A DNA stretch of 64,000 bases from an uncultured delta proteobacterium (GTDB lineage Bacteria; Desulfobacterota; RBG-13-43-22). Location: the NCBI GenBank assembly GCA_963743305.1, contig CAVUPH010000033.1, forward strand, positions 32,001 through 96,000. The letters run 5' to 3'. A program made the translations under genes and the position numbers. This document shows positions 51,158-61,238 of the stretch, one piece after another; the stretch's first letter is position 1, and every line of letters starts with the position of its first letter. The notes below the pieces were generated by a model. It had not been told where the DNA came from, did no database searches, and saw only the letters and a list, made by a program, of their open reading frames with translations.

Positions 51158-51955
51158 CTAAATAATTTTGGCTTCTTCCCGCAACAGCTTGACCAGACCG
51201 GCGCCTTTTTCCTGAGGCGTTTCCCCGGAAACGATCTGGCCGGCTTTCCGTTCCGGCGGCGGGGTTAACCCCAGGATCTTGATTTTGGAACCGGCTTCCC
51301 CGGCCTGGCTGGGATCCAACCCTAAATCAGCTAATTTTTTAGCGGCCAGGGGTTTCTTTTTGGCTTTCATGATCCCGGGAAGGGAGGCATAGCGGGGCTC
51401 GTTCAAACCTTTCTGGGTGGTAATCAGCGCCGGCAAGGTGGATTCCAAGACCCAGTTGGCCCCCTCAACGGAACGCAGGATGCGGACCTTGGTCTTGTCT
51501 TCGGAAAGGTCCACTTTGGTGGCCACCGATAACAAAGGGATATTCAATAATTCGGACAAAGCCGCCCCGACTTGGCCATTGTCATGGTCCACGGCCCTTT
51601 GTCCGCAGAAGACCAGGTCAAAAGGGACCGTTTTAATAGCGGCGGCCAAGGCCCGGGCGGTGGCCAGGGAATCCCCGCCGTCGGCGGCCGGGTCGTCGAT
51701 ATGAATGGCTTCATCGGCCCCCATGGCCAGGGCGGTGCGCAGGGATTCTACCACCCGCTGAGGTCCTAATCCGACGACGGTGACTTTTCCTCCGCCCGCC
51801 TTCTCTTTAAGACGCAGCGCTTCTTCCACACCGAATTCATCGTAGGGGTTCATCACCCATTTAATGTCGGCGGTTTGAATGCCCTTACCTCCGGAATCGA
51901 TCTTGATTTGCGCTTCCGTGTCCGGGACTTGTTTAATGCAGGCCAGTATGTTCAC
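51158..51955 (-). CDS. etfB: Electron transfer flavoprotein beta subunit
   Basis: CIKQVPD, MNPYDEFGVEEAL, ALAMGAD, NEPRYASLPGIMKAKKK. Confidence 0.98.
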   Translation of the reverse strand: MNILACIKQVPDTEAQIKIDSGGKGIQTADIKWVMNPYDEFGVEEALRLKEKAGGGKVTVVGLGPQRVVESLRTALAMGADEAIHIDDPAADGGDSLATARALAAAIKTVPFDLVFCGQRAVDHDNGQVGAALSELLNIPLLSVATKVDLSEDKTKVRILRSVEGANWVLESTLPALITTQKGLNEPRYASLPGIMKAKKKPLAAKKLADLGLDPSQAGEAGSKIKILGLTPPPERKAGQIVSGETPQEKGAGLVKLLREEAKII

Positions 51956-52637
51956 GTTTTCCTCCTTTCCGTGTCCTGCCGCTGTGAGGAGCAGGACCGG
52001 GTTGTTTTGTTGTTGGGGGTTCAGGGGTCACCATCCCCTGCAGGAAATAGCCGCTGATCTGCCGGGCGGCCAGCGGGATGGAGTGTTTTTTTATGGGGGA
52101 GAGGACCAGGAGTCGGGAGATTTCGTCCAGAGCCCCAAAAAAAGCCCTTTTGGCAATCCCGGGATGGATATCAGACCGAAAAATCCCCTGGTCTTGTCCT
52201 TCCCGGATGATGGCGGAGATCAGGTCCAGGTACTGGGCAAATTGTTGATTATCATATTCCTTCATGAATTTGCTGCTTTGGCGAACCTCCACCTGAATGA
52301 CCTCCGCCAATTCTTTGTTCTTTTGAACCAACCCCAGGTGGGCTTGGGCAAATTGTTCCATCATCCGGACCGGATCGTTCTCCCGGGCGATAACGGTTTT
52401 CATTTCTTTAATGATGTTGGTCATCTCCTCTTCGAAGAGGTTGATCAGAATATCGTCCTTATTGTGAAAATAGAGATAGATCGTCCCGTCGGCCACTTCG
52501 GCTTCCCGGGCAATTTCGGAAACCTTGGACTGATAGAACCCGTTCCGGGCAAAGATCCGAACGGCGGCCTCCAGGATTTTTTTGCGTTTGTTGGTGTCTC
52601 TCATGGGTGTCGGCGGACGCGAAACCGGTGAGGACAT
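51933..52637 (-). CDS. TetR family regulator, FadR/YsiA-like
   Basis: ILEAAVRIFARNGFYQSKVSEIAREAEVADGTIYLYFHNKDDILI; upstream of etfBA; exact start uncertain. Confidence 0.9.
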   Translation of the reverse strand: MSSPVSRPPTPMRDTNKRKKILEAAVRIFARNGFYQSKVSEIAREAEVADGTIYLYFHNKDDILINLFEEEMTNIIKEMKTVIARENDPVRMMEQFAQAHLGLVQKNKELAEVIQVEVRQSSKFMKEYDNQQFAQYLDLISAIIREGQDQGIFRSDIHPGIAKRAFFGALDEISRLLVLSPIKKHSIPLAARQISGYFLQGMVTPEPPTTKQPGPAPHSGRTRKGGKREHTGLH

Positions 52638-52663
52638 CTGGGTCCCCAGGGGCCGTCTTCTTT

Positions 52664-52712
52664 CTGAATGAAGCGTCATTCAGGATATAGATGAAAGATT
52701 GGCCGCTGTCAA
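52664..52712 (-). promoter_or_regulatory. Promoter with a FadR(YsiA)-type operator
   Basis: TTGACA-17 bp-TATATC followed by the palindrome CTGAATGA-N4-TCATTCAG (52664-52683). Confidence 0.8.
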
Positions 52713-52739
52713 GCATTTAATTGGGCGGAAATCTTTCCG

Positions 52740-52768
52740 TTGACAATGATCAGGATAGGGAATAGAAT
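52740..52768 (+). promoter_or_regulatory. Sigma70 promoter of the second TA module
   Basis: TTGACA-17 bp-TAGAAT. Confidence 0.7.
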
Positions 52769-52802
52769 ATATAAAAAAAACAACATAACTATAGAGGTTA
52801 TT

Positions 52803-53036
52803 ATGAGGACGATACAGATGACTCTTGACGATGAACTGGTTGAGACTGTCGACGCCCTGGCGAAAGAGCTTAAAACCTCCCGGTCCGCTTTTACCCGCGA
52901 AGCCTTGAAAGGGGCCCTCCAACACTATCAGATCAAAAAGCTGGAAAGCAGACATCGTCTGGGATATGAGCGCTTTCCAGCGGTCAAACAGGAATTTGAT
53001 TCCTGGGAAAAAGAACAGGTGTGGGGGGAGGAATGA
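52803..53036 (+). CDS. Ribbon-helix-helix (CopG-like) antitoxin
   Basis: MRTIQMTLDDELV..VD.LAKEL.TSRSAFTREAL; GAGG RBS. Confidence 0.88.
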   Translation: MRTIQMTLDDELVETVDALAKELKTSRSAFTREALKGALQHYQIKKLESRHRLGYERFPAVKQEFDSWEKEQVWGEE

Positions 53037-53344
53037 AAAGAGGGGAGATTCGATGGTACAGATTCATCCATCCCGATAAGAAACGGCCAATCCTTATCCT
53101 AACCCGGGATTCCATTCTAGAATATCTTGGTGAGGTCACTGTCGCCCCAATTACGACAACGATGCGGGATATTCCGAGTGAAGTCATCTTGACCCAAAGG
53201 GAGGGAATGCCGATGGACTGCGCCGTAAATTTGGATCATATCCAGACCGTTTCCAAGGGTAAAATCGGCCCACTGATCGCTACCATTTCCTCGGATAAAT
53301 TAGAGAAAGTCGCCGAGGCTATTCGATTTGCACTCAATATTTAA
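53033..53344 (+). CDS. PemK/MazF family toxin
   Basis: MKRGEIRW...PDKKRPILILTR...VAPITT...NLDHIQTV; ATGA overlap with the antitoxin. Confidence 0.92.
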   Translation: MKRGEIRWYRFIHPDKKRPILILTRDSILEYLGEVTVAPITTTMRDIPSEVILTQREGMPMDCAVNLDHIQTVSKGKIGPLIATISSDKLEKVAEAIRFALNI

Positions 53345-53356
53345 GAGGATTTACCC

Positions 53357-53911
53357 ATGGATTTGATCGCCAAATGGCAGCGCACCGGCCGTAAGGTCCT
53401 GCATTCCTTTCGAATTTTTTCAATCCGGGAAGACCGCTATCGCCTTCCCCGAAACAGTCGGGAGGTACCTTTTTACGTCCTGGAAAGCTCCGACTGGGTG
53501 AATGTCATCCCCCTGACGGATTCGGGAGAGGTTATCCTGATTCGCCAATTCCGGTTTGGTACGGAAAGTGTCACTGTGGAAATCCCGGGTGGTATCGTGG
53601 AGCCGGGGATGACACCCCTGGAAGCCGCGCAGAGAGAGTTGCTGGAGGAAACGGGATATCAATCCGTGGAATGGGACTATTTGGGATATGTACATCCTAA
53701 TCCGGCCTTCTTGAACAACCGCTGCCACAGCTTTGTGGCCCGGGGGGTGAAGAAGACGGGGGAAATCGACTTGGACGAGAGTGAGGAAATCGAGGTCACA
53801 ACGACGCCCCTGAAGAACATACCGGATTTAATCGCCGCGGGGGAAATCACCCATTCGCTGGTGGTTTGCGCCTTTCATTGGCTGGGGCTAAAAAAAATCC
53901 ACCCCCAATGA
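53357..53911 (+). CDS. NUDIX hydrolase (ADP-ribose pyrophosphatase-like)
   Basis: GGIVEPGMTPLEAAQRELLEETG Nudix box. Confidence 0.94.
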   Translation: MDLIAKWQRTGRKVLHSFRIFSIREDRYRLPRNSREVPFYVLESSDWVNVIPLTDSGEVILIRQFRFGTESVTVEIPGGIVEPGMTPLEAAQRELLEETGYQSVEWDYLGYVHPNPAFLNNRCHSFVARGVKKTGEIDLDESEEIEVTTTPLKNIPDLIAAGEITHSLVVCAFHWLGLKKIHPQ

Positions 53912-53935
53912 ATTGGTCTTGGGCGTTGATTTTTT

Positions 53936-54595
53936 TTAAAAGTTCCCCATCTTTTCCCTAAAAGTTCTGATAGTCTTCTTATAGTCCGGGGTGTGAAAAA
54001 CGGCCGATCCGGCCACGAAAATATCGGCCCCGGCACTGACCAGAGTACCCACGTTGTCCGGGGTCACCCCGCCATCCACTTCGATGTCCACTTCCAGGTT
54101 TTGTTCCCTAATCATTTTTTTCAGGTCCCGAATCTTACGAATGCTGCTGGGGATGAATTTCTGCCCGCCGAAGCCCGGATTGACGCTCATGATCATCACC
54201 ATATCCACCTCCTCCAGGATTTGATCCAGCAGAACCAGAGGAGTCGCAGGGTTCAGGACCACCGCCGGAATCATTCCGCATTCTCGGATCAGGTTTATCG
54301 TCCGGTTCAGGTGGGGACAAACTTCGATCTGGACCGCCAGGATATCGGCCCCAGCCCGGGCAAAATCCGGGATGTATTGATCCGGGTTCTGGATCATCAA
54401 ATGGACATCCAAGGGCAGGCAACTGATCTTCCGGGCGGCTTCCACCATGACCGGCCCGAAGGTGATGTTGGGGACGAAATGGCCGTCCATCACATCGATA
54501 TGGAGGTAGTCGGCGCCGGCGGCTTCCACCGCCTGGATTTCCTCGCGCAGACGGCCGAAATCGGCGGAGAGGATGGAAGGGGCAATTCGTTTCAT
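53936..54595 (-). CDS. rpe: Ribulose-phosphate 3-epimerase
   Basis: IAPSILSADF, HIDVMDGHFVPN, MSVNPGFGGQ, EVDGG. Confidence 0.99.
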   Translation of the reverse strand: MKRIAPSILSADFGRLREEIQAVEAAGADYLHIDVMDGHFVPNITFGPVMVEAARKISCLPLDVHLMIQNPDQYIPDFARAGADILAVQIEVCPHLNRTINLIRECGMIPAVVLNPATPLVLLDQILEEVDMVMIMSVNPGFGGQKFIPSSIRKIRDLKKMIREQNLEVDIEVDGGVTPDNVGTLVSAGADIFVAGSAVFHTPDYKKTIRTFREKMGNF

Positions 54596-54607
54596 TTTCT
54601 AAACCTT

Positions 54608-54761
54608 TATTTTTGTAATTTAAACCATGCCCGCGGCGGGCAACCACGAAGCCTGAATATCCCCCCCAACCCCCCCTTTTTCTAAGGGGGGAGTTGAAGT
54701 CCCCCTTAGCAAAGGGGGATTTAGGGGGATTTCCAATGAACTGGAATAACCACCCAACCTT
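54608..54761 (-). repeat. C/G-run palindromic repeat family C, second copy
   Basis: Reverse complement aligns with 47472-47627 over about 150 bp. Confidence 0.88.
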
Positions 54762-54779
54762 TTTTTCCTCATTCCAAAG

Positions 54780-56132
54780 CTATTTTCGTACCAACCGGGC
54801 GGCGAAGAAGCCGTCGGTCCCGTGTCGGTGCGGCCAGGCGTAATAAAAACCCCGGGGATCAGCTAACCCCCCCGCCGGTCCCGGCAGATAGGGAGCTACC
54901 GAATCAAGGAAAAATTCGGTGTGCCTGGTCAGGAATCGTTCTATCACCCTTTCGTTTTCAAGCGGGCATAAGGTGCAGGTCGAATAAACCAACGTTCCCT
55001 TGGGTTTAAGGTATTCAGCCGCCTTTTGCAAGAATTTAATTTGCTGTTCCGCCAGGCGTTCGCTGTCTTCCCAGCGGATGCGCCATTTAAGGTCCGGGTG
55101 ACGCCGGATCACCCCCCAGCCGCTGCAGGGGGCGTCGACCAGGATGCGGTCAAAGGCTGGTTGATCTTTCTGGAAAAAGTCCGGTTGCAGGAAATCCCCG
55201 GTCCGGAAGCGGATATTTTTTATTCCCATCCTGAGGGCATTTTTCCATAAATCCCGGATCTTCCGGGGGTTGGAGTCGACCGCTAAAACCGATCCCCGGT
55301 TTTCAAGGAACTGGGCCAGATGGGTGGTTTTTCCCCCGACGCCCGAGCAAAGATCCAGGACCCTTTCTCCGGGCTTGGGATGGAGGAGATAAGCGATCAA
55401 CTGGGAAGCCTCATCCTGGATCTGGTAAAGCCCCTCCCGGTAAGGTCCCGAGGCATGGAGCGGGGCCTGAGGCCGAAGGATACGGAGGCCCACCGGTGAG
55501 AAGGGCGTGGGGCTCAGCGGTCCGACCTCCCTTTCCAGACGAGGGTACAGTTCTTCCCGGCTGCCCTTGAGGGTGTTGACTCGCAAGTCCAGGGGCGGGA
55601 TTTGATTGTCGGCCTCGCAGAGGGAAAGGGTTTCCTTCGGTCCCAAGGTGTCCAGCCAGTAGTTCACCAGCCAGACGGGGTGGGATTGGGTAATGGTCAA
55701 GTAACCCGGGAGATCGTCGGGAGTGGGAAAGGCCAAAGATTCCTGTATTCGGCACAAAGCTCGAAGGGTCCCGTTGATCAACCCGCCGGTCCAGGGCTCG
55801 GGCCCGGACTTGGCCAATTTGACCGATTCGTTCACGGCGGCCGAGGCCGGCACCCGGTCCAGGAGAAGAAGCTGAAAGGCCCCCAGGCGGAGAATGGACA
55901 GAGTCCGGAAAGAAAGTTTCTTTAGGGGGGCGTGAAGGCACTTTTCCAGCGCCCAGTCGATCCTGGACCGCCAGCGATAGACTCCGAAGAGCAGTTGCTG
56001 GATAAAGGCGCGGTCAATCGAGGGGATGTCCGGATGTTTCTCGTAGAGTTCCCAGAGCATTCGATCCGGAAAGAGGTCGGTTTTTTGACCATGAAGCAGG
56101 AGGGTCAGGGCCCAATCACGGGCGGAGGGCAT
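54780..56132 (-). CDS. rsmB: 16S rRNA m5C967 methyltransferase
   Basis: NusB-like N-domain, QDEASQ, DAPCSG.G..RRHPD, YSTCT, DGFFAA. Confidence 0.96.
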   Translation of the reverse strand: MPSARDWALTLLLHGQKTDLFPDRMLWELYEKHPDIPSIDRAFIQQLLFGVYRWRSRIDWALEKCLHAPLKKLSFRTLSILRLGAFQLLLLDRVPASAAVNESVKLAKSGPEPWTGGLINGTLRALCRIQESLAFPTPDDLPGYLTITQSHPVWLVNYWLDTLGPKETLSLCEADNQIPPLDLRVNTLKGSREELYPRLEREVGPLSPTPFSPVGLRILRPQAPLHASGPYREGLYQIQDEASQLIAYLLHPKPGERVLDLCSGVGGKTTHLAQFLENRGSVLAVDSNPRKIRDLWKNALRMGIKNIRFRTGDFLQPDFFQKDQPAFDRILVDAPCSGWGVIRRHPDLKWRIRWEDSERLAEQQIKFLQKAAEYLKPKGTLVYSTCTLCPLENERVIERFLTRHTEFFLDSVAPYLPGPAGGLADPRGFYYAWPHRHGTDGFFAARLVRK

Positions 56133-57086
56133 TTATGGACCTAATTTTTCCCCAACCCGAAGATGAAAACCAATCAGGAAATCCTGACTGTTCAGGCGGC
56201 GATGACCTTCCAATTGAACTTCCAATAAAGACAGCGTTCCCTCCCCGGTAAGGACCTGAATTTGGGCATGCTCAAAGGAAACTATGGTGCCCGGCTCACC
56301 GGAGGCTTTTCCCTCCAGGGGTTGAGCACAGTGGATGATCAATCGTTTCCCCCGCAAAAAAGTAAAGGCTCCCGGCCAGGGCGTCAAGCCCCGTATCCAG
56401 AAATCCAATTCCGGCGCGGAAAGCTGCCAGTCGATCCGGCCTTGGGATTTTTTTAAGGGGGGAGCATAACTGGCCTGTTCCGGATCCTGGGGGCGGGCCT
56501 CTAAGGTCCCGGCCCTCAAAGACTGGAGGGTCTTGACCAACAGATCGGCCCCCAGACCGGCCAACCGGTCATGGAGGGTCTGGGCCGTGTCGGTTGTTGA
56601 AATGGGAGTCGGTTCCTGGAGCAGCAGAGCCCCGGTATCCAGGCCCGCGTCCAGGCGCATGGTAGTGATCCCGGTTTCTTTTTCCCCCGAAATCAGTGCC
56701 CATTGAATGGGAGCCGCCCCGCGAAATTTGGGGAGTAGGGAGGCATGAACGTTGATGGACCCCCAGGCCGGAATATCCAGAACAGGTTGAGGCAGGATCA
56801 GGCCATAGGCCACGACGATCAATAGATCCGGGCGGTAGGCGGATAGGGTTTCCATCACGACGGGATCTTTAAGTGATTTGGGCTGCACCAGAGGGAGCCC
56901 GTAAGCCAGGGCCGTTTCCTTTATCGGGGATCGGGCCAAACGCTGTCCGCGTCCTTTGGGGCGGTCCGGCTGGGTAAAAACGGCCAACACCTGTTCGTTA
57001 TTATCCAGTAGTTTTTTCAGGCAGGGCAAGGCAAAGCCAGGGGTCCCCATAAAAACCAGACGGGAATAATCAGACGAGTCCATCAA
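56133..57086 (-). CDS. fmt: Methionyl-tRNA formyltransferase
   Basis: FMGTPGFA, TQPDRPKGRG, NVHASLLPKFRGAAPIQ. Confidence 0.98.
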   Translation of the reverse strand: MMDSSDYSRLVFMGTPGFALPCLKKLLDNNEQVLAVFTQPDRPKGRGQRLARSPIKETALAYGLPLVQPKSLKDPVVMETLSAYRPDLLIVVAYGLILPQPVLDIPAWGSINVHASLLPKFRGAAPIQWALISGEKETGITTMRLDAGLDTGALLLQEPTPISTTDTAQTLHDRLAGLGADLLVKTLQSLRAGTLEARPQDPEQASYAPPLKKSQGRIDWQLSAPELDFWIRGLTPWPGAFTFLRGKRLIIHCAQPLEGKASGEPGTIVSFEHAQIQVLTGEGTLSLLEVQLEGHRRLNSQDFLIGFHLRVGEKLGP

Positions 57087-57172
57087 TAATAACCTCGCAA
57101 AAAGTCAAAAAACGACTTTCTGCTCGGCGGGGGAGGGTTTCCCACTCCCCCGCCATTGGAAATGAATTCCAA
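57082..57172. repeat. Intergenic repeat mosaic: 43-bp family D unit plus palindromes
   Basis: 57082-57124 (minus strand) matches 46566-46608 at 39/43; adjacent GGCGGGGAG..CTCCCCGCC and CCATTGGAA..TTCCAATGG hairpins. Confidence 0.8.
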
Positions 57173-57215
57173 TGGTGCCACCCCCTCCCAGCCCGGCGCT
57201 TAATCGCGCTCGGGC

Positions 57216-57746
57216 TTATGATGGACTTTGAACGAGTCCATCATTTGACTTCAGTTGTTTTTGGCGCCGTTTCTTGTAAAGGGCCCTTTTCAGGGGGCTG
57301 ATGCGGTCCAGCATGAGGACTCCTTCGAGGTGGTCAATCTCATGCTGCAGGACCACGGCCAGCATCCCTTCTCCGCAGATTTCCACCGGTTCTCCCTGGG
57401 CGTTTAATCCCCGAACGGTAACCCGGGCGTGCCTTTTCACCTCCGCATAATACTCGGGCACGCTGAGACAACCCTCTTCCTGAGTTTGAGAGCCATCGGC
57501 GGAGATGATTTCCGGATTGATCAATGCCTCGGGGTTTCGGGGCTGATCCTTGGGAGTGATATCATAAACGATGAGCCGCAGCGGTTTTCCCACCTGGTTG
57601 GCGGCCAGCCCGATTCCCGGCGCTTGGTACATGGTCTCAATCATATCCTCGACCAATTGAAGGACGGAGTCGTCAATGGCCGTTATGGGAACGGCCTTTT
57701 GCTTCAGGACCGGGTTGGGGTAGGTACAAATGTTTAAAACAGGCAT
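57216..57746 (-). CDS. def: Peptide deformylase
   Basis: GIGLAANQ, EGCLS, QHEIDHLEG. Confidence 0.99.
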   Translation of the reverse strand: MPVLNICTYPNPVLKQKAVPITAIDDSVLQLVEDMIETMYQAPGIGLAANQVGKPLRLIVYDITPKDQPRNPEALINPEIISADGSQTQEEGCLSVPEYYAEVKRHARVTVRGLNAQGEPVEICGEGMLAVVLQHEIDHLEGVLMLDRISPLKRALYKKRRQKQLKSNDGLVQSPS

Positions 57747-57796
57747 ATCCTAAAATAACAATTTATACGCCAAATTTCAAATATTTTTGGCTAGTT

Positions 57797-60208
57797 TTAC
57801 AACATATCCACCGGATCCACATCCAGAATCAGTTGGACTCCGGAGCCCCTGAGGAACCGCCTGCTGTTTTCCAGAACCCAGGCGGAGATCTGATGCAGCA
57901 TCCGGGGGTCTTTCCCTTTCAGTAAAATCTGCCAGCGGTACCGACCTTTGATTTTATTGATCGGAGCCGGTACCGGACCCAATAGGGTCAGGGAGGAGAT
58001 CAGATTTCGTTTTTCTCTTTCCAGAGACAGCTGGATACCGATTTCCTGGGCCTTCTCTCGGACCCCTGTTTCCGGGTTGCCCTGAATAAGTATATGGACC
58101 AACCGGGTGAAGGGGGGATATTCAAATTCACGGCGGAATTTGAGTTCCTGGCGGTAGAAACCCAGGTAATCGTGACGACGGACATATTCAAAGATATAAT
58201 GATCGGGGTTATAGGTCTGAATGAATACCTTTCCCGGATAGGGGCCCCGTCCGGCCCGGCCGGCGACCTGGGCCAAGAGCTGGAAGGTCCGCTCCCCTGA
58301 TCGGAAATCCGGCCAATTGAGGGATAGATCGGCGCACAATACGCCGATCAGGGTTACTCCGGGGAAATCGTGCCCTTTGGTGATCATCTGGGTGCCGACC
58401 AGGATCTGGGTTTTTCGATCCTGAAAACGTTTGAGGATCTGGTAATGAGCATTTTTCTTGGACACCGTATCCCGGTCGAGTCGATCGATAACGGTTTCCG
58501 GGAAAAGCATTTTAAGTTCTTTTTCAACTTTTTCGGTGCCCCAGCCGATGGTCTTGATCCCCTCTCGCCCGCAGGCCGGGCAAAGAGGAAGCAAGGGCTG
58601 ATGAAAACCGCAGAGATGGCAGAGCAATTCCTGAGAAGCCGCGTGGAAGGTTAAGGAGACCGAACAGTTTCGGCAGCGGACCGGAGCTCCGCAGAGAGTG
58701 CATAAGGTCAGCGGTTCGAACCCCCGTCGGTTGAGGAAAAAGAGGATCTGGTGTCCCGCTTCCACCTGGGTCCTGACGGCTTCCAACAAAGGAGGCGACA
58801 GCGGCGTTCTCTGACGCCCTTTTCTGAATTGCTTAAGATCGATCAGGCTGATCTCGGGCATGGCCCGCTGACGAACCCGACGGGTCAACGGGAGATAAGC
58901 CATTTTTTTCCGGTCTTGAAGGTGAAGGGTGGTCAGGGAAGGAGTGGCAGAACCCAAGACGGCTACTGCCTGGGCCAGTTGGGCCCGGACCAGGGCCAGA
59001 TCCCGGGCATGGTATCTCAAAGATTCCTGCTGTTTCAAGGAGGGATCATGCTCCTCGTCCACGACGATCAACCCCAGGGCTTCCAGGGGGGCAAAAATCG
59101 CGGATCGGGTCCCCACCACGATCGGGGTTTCCCCCACTTGGATGCGCCTCCATTGATCCAGTCGTTCCCTGGGGGAAAGACCGCTGTGGAGGACGGCAAT
59201 TTTTTCACCAAACCGGGTACGGAACCGTCCTTCCATTTGGGGCACCAGACCGATTTCCGGTACCAGGATCAGGGCTTGACGGTTCCGGACCAGGGTATCC
59301 TCCGCCGCCCGCAAATAAACTTCCGTTTTCCCCGAACCGGTGACTCCGTGAAGAAGTAGAGACCGGTATTGCCCGTCGGCCAGTGCCCGCTTTATTTTTT
59401 CCAGGGCCTGCTCCTGCTCAGCGGTCAAATCAACCGGCCTTTCTTCAACGCAAAAAATTTCCCCCAGCGGGTTTTGAATACAGGGTTGTTCCCGGATCTC
59501 CAGCAGGCCTTTCCGACACCATTGGTTTAGCCGCCGGGACGAAAGGGGGAAAAAAAGGCGCAAATCCGTTAAGGGCATTCCTTCCGGCCGTTGCAGATAA
59601 GCATGGAGGGGCCGATCCTTTTCAGAAAAAGCCTCCTCCGAAAAACCGGGACCGGGATAGATCCATTTGATTTTTTTGGTGCGGGTCTTCTCTTTCGGCA
59701 GGTCTTTTCTTCTGCTGATCAAACCCTGGGCCTGCAACCGGGCAACCAATTTTTTTTGTTCTACGTCCAACTTACCCCAGGGCCGTCTTTTTTGGGTAAG
59801 ATCGGTCAGTAATTCCCGCTCCAGCCGGGGCAAAGGAGACGTTTTAAGGGTTTCCACGCCGCGGGGGGTGATTTCAATCACTTCCCGACTGTTCACGGCC
59901 AGTCCCGGGGGCAGAGCCGCTTTGATCACCTGTCCCAGAGGGTGGTGGTAATATCGGGAAATCCAGCTTAAAAAGGCCCGCAGGGAGGGACTGAAAAAGG
60001 GTTGAGGGTCGAGGATCTGCTCGATCATTTTTATGGATTGTTCGGGACCGGGGTCCAGGGCCGGCCCCCAGAGATAGCCGGTAACCCGCTGGTTCCGTAA
60101 GGGGACCAGGACCCGTTGCCCTATCTCCGGAGGAATAGGGGTTGGCGTTGGGAGCTGATAGACATAGGGCTGGTCTAAAGGTGGGATGACCACCTGGAAA
60201 AAAGACAT
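57797..60208 (-). CDS. priA: Primosomal protein N'
   Basis: GVTGSGKTEVY, DEEH, four CxxC motifs, QVAGRAGR, DVDP end. Confidence 0.98.
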   Translation of the reverse strand: MSFFQVVIPPLDQPYVYQLPTPTPIPPEIGQRVLVPLRNQRVTGYLWGPALDPGPEQSIKMIEQILDPQPFFSPSLRAFLSWISRYYHHPLGQVIKAALPPGLAVNSREVIEITPRGVETLKTSPLPRLERELLTDLTQKRRPWGKLDVEQKKLVARLQAQGLISRRKDLPKEKTRTKKIKWIYPGPGFSEEAFSEKDRPLHAYLQRPEGMPLTDLRLFFPLSSRRLNQWCRKGLLEIREQPCIQNPLGEIFCVEERPVDLTAEQEQALEKIKRALADGQYRSLLLHGVTGSGKTEVYLRAAEDTLVRNRQALILVPEIGLVPQMEGRFRTRFGEKIAVLHSGLSPRERLDQWRRIQVGETPIVVGTRSAIFAPLEALGLIVVDEEHDPSLKQQESLRYHARDLALVRAQLAQAVAVLGSATPSLTTLHLQDRKKMAYLPLTRRVRQRAMPEISLIDLKQFRKGRQRTPLSPPLLEAVRTQVEAGHQILFFLNRRGFEPLTLCTLCGAPVRCRNCSVSLTFHAASQELLCHLCGFHQPLLPLCPACGREGIKTIGWGTEKVEKELKMLFPETVIDRLDRDTVSKKNAHYQILKRFQDRKTQILVGTQMITKGHDFPGVTLIGVLCADLSLNWPDFRSGERTFQLLAQVAGRAGRGPYPGKVFIQTYNPDHYIFEYVRRHDYLGFYRQELKFRREFEYPPFTRLVHILIQGNPETGVREKAQEIGIQLSLEREKRNLISSLTLLGPVPAPINKIKGRYRWQILLKGKDPRMLHQISAWVLENSRRFLRGSGVQLILDVDPVDML

Positions 60209-60329
60209 GGGGACAGGTTTTTTACCTTTATTTATCGGATGGTTAATTGTAGCATACGGGTTGGTTGAGGTACCGTCGGTTAAAAGGACAGACCTACAAA
60301 ATGTCTGTCATCAGCGACTAAGGATTCCC

Positions 60330-61238
60330 ATGCGTTCCATTGAGCAAATCGTTTCGGCCTTGGAAAAACATCATTATATAACGGATCGGCCTCTGGCCAC
60401 AGTTTTATTTCTGGCCCAAGCCCTTAAGAAACCTGTTTTTCTCGAGGGGGAGCCCGGGGTAGGGAAGACCGAGGTGGCCTTGGTGCTTTCCCGGATATTA
60501 AAAACCCGGCTGATTCGCCTTCAATGTTACGAGGGGTTGGACGTCCAGACCGCCTTGTATGAGTGGAATTATCCGAAACAGATCTTAAGCATCCGCCTGG
60601 CGGAAGCCGCCGGCCGGGGTTCGAATGACCTGGAAAAACATATTTTTAGCGAGGAATTTCTGATAAAGAGGCCCTTGCTCGAAGCGATTCTCAGTTCGGA
60701 ACCCCGGCCGCCGGTCCTCTTGATCGACGAACTGGACCGGGCTGACGAAGAATTCGAAGCCTTTTTGTTGGAAATACTTTCCGATTTCCAAATATCCATC
60801 CCCGAAATCGGGACCCTCAAAGCCAAAAAGCGTCCTTGGGTGATCATTACCTCCAATCGGACCAGGGATATCCACGACGCCCTTAAGCGGAGGTGTCTCT
60901 ACCACTGGATTGAGTACCCATCGATGGAAAAGGAATTTCAGATCATCCTCTCCCGCATACCTAAGATCGATCACTCCCTGGCAGGGAAAATCGCCCGGTT
61001 TATGTCCAGGCTGCGCAGCCAGGATCTTCAAAAAATGCCGGGGATCTCCGAGAGTCTCGACTGGGCCTGGGCCCTGATTCACTTGCACAAGCCGACCCTG
61101 GATGAACAAACCGTGGAGGAAACGTTGGGCTGTATCCTGAAATACCAGGAGGACCAACGTTTTTTTCGGGAAAAAGTGCTGGGGGATGAAGGACGGCGGC
61201 AAGCCTTTTTTGGGACCGATGCCGGGGCCCCGGGTTAA
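60330..61238 (+). CDS. MoxR family AAA+ ATPase (CoxD-like)
   Basis: GEPGVGKT, RLQCYEGLD, LYEWNY, IDELDRADEEFEAFLLE; ATG 60330 chosen as start. Confidence 0.93.
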   Translation: MRSIEQIVSALEKHHYITDRPLATVLFLAQALKKPVFLEGEPGVGKTEVALVLSRILKTRLIRLQCYEGLDVQTALYEWNYPKQILSIRLAEAAGRGSNDLEKHIFSEEFLIKRPLLEAILSSEPRPPVLLIDELDRADEEFEAFLLEILSDFQISIPEIGTLKAKKRPWVIITSNRTRDIHDALKRRCLYHWIEYPSMEKEFQIILSRIPKIDHSLAGKIARFMSRLRSQDLQKMPGISESLDWAWALIHLHKPTLDEQTVEETLGCILKYQEDQRFFREKVLGDEGRRQAFFGTDAGAPG

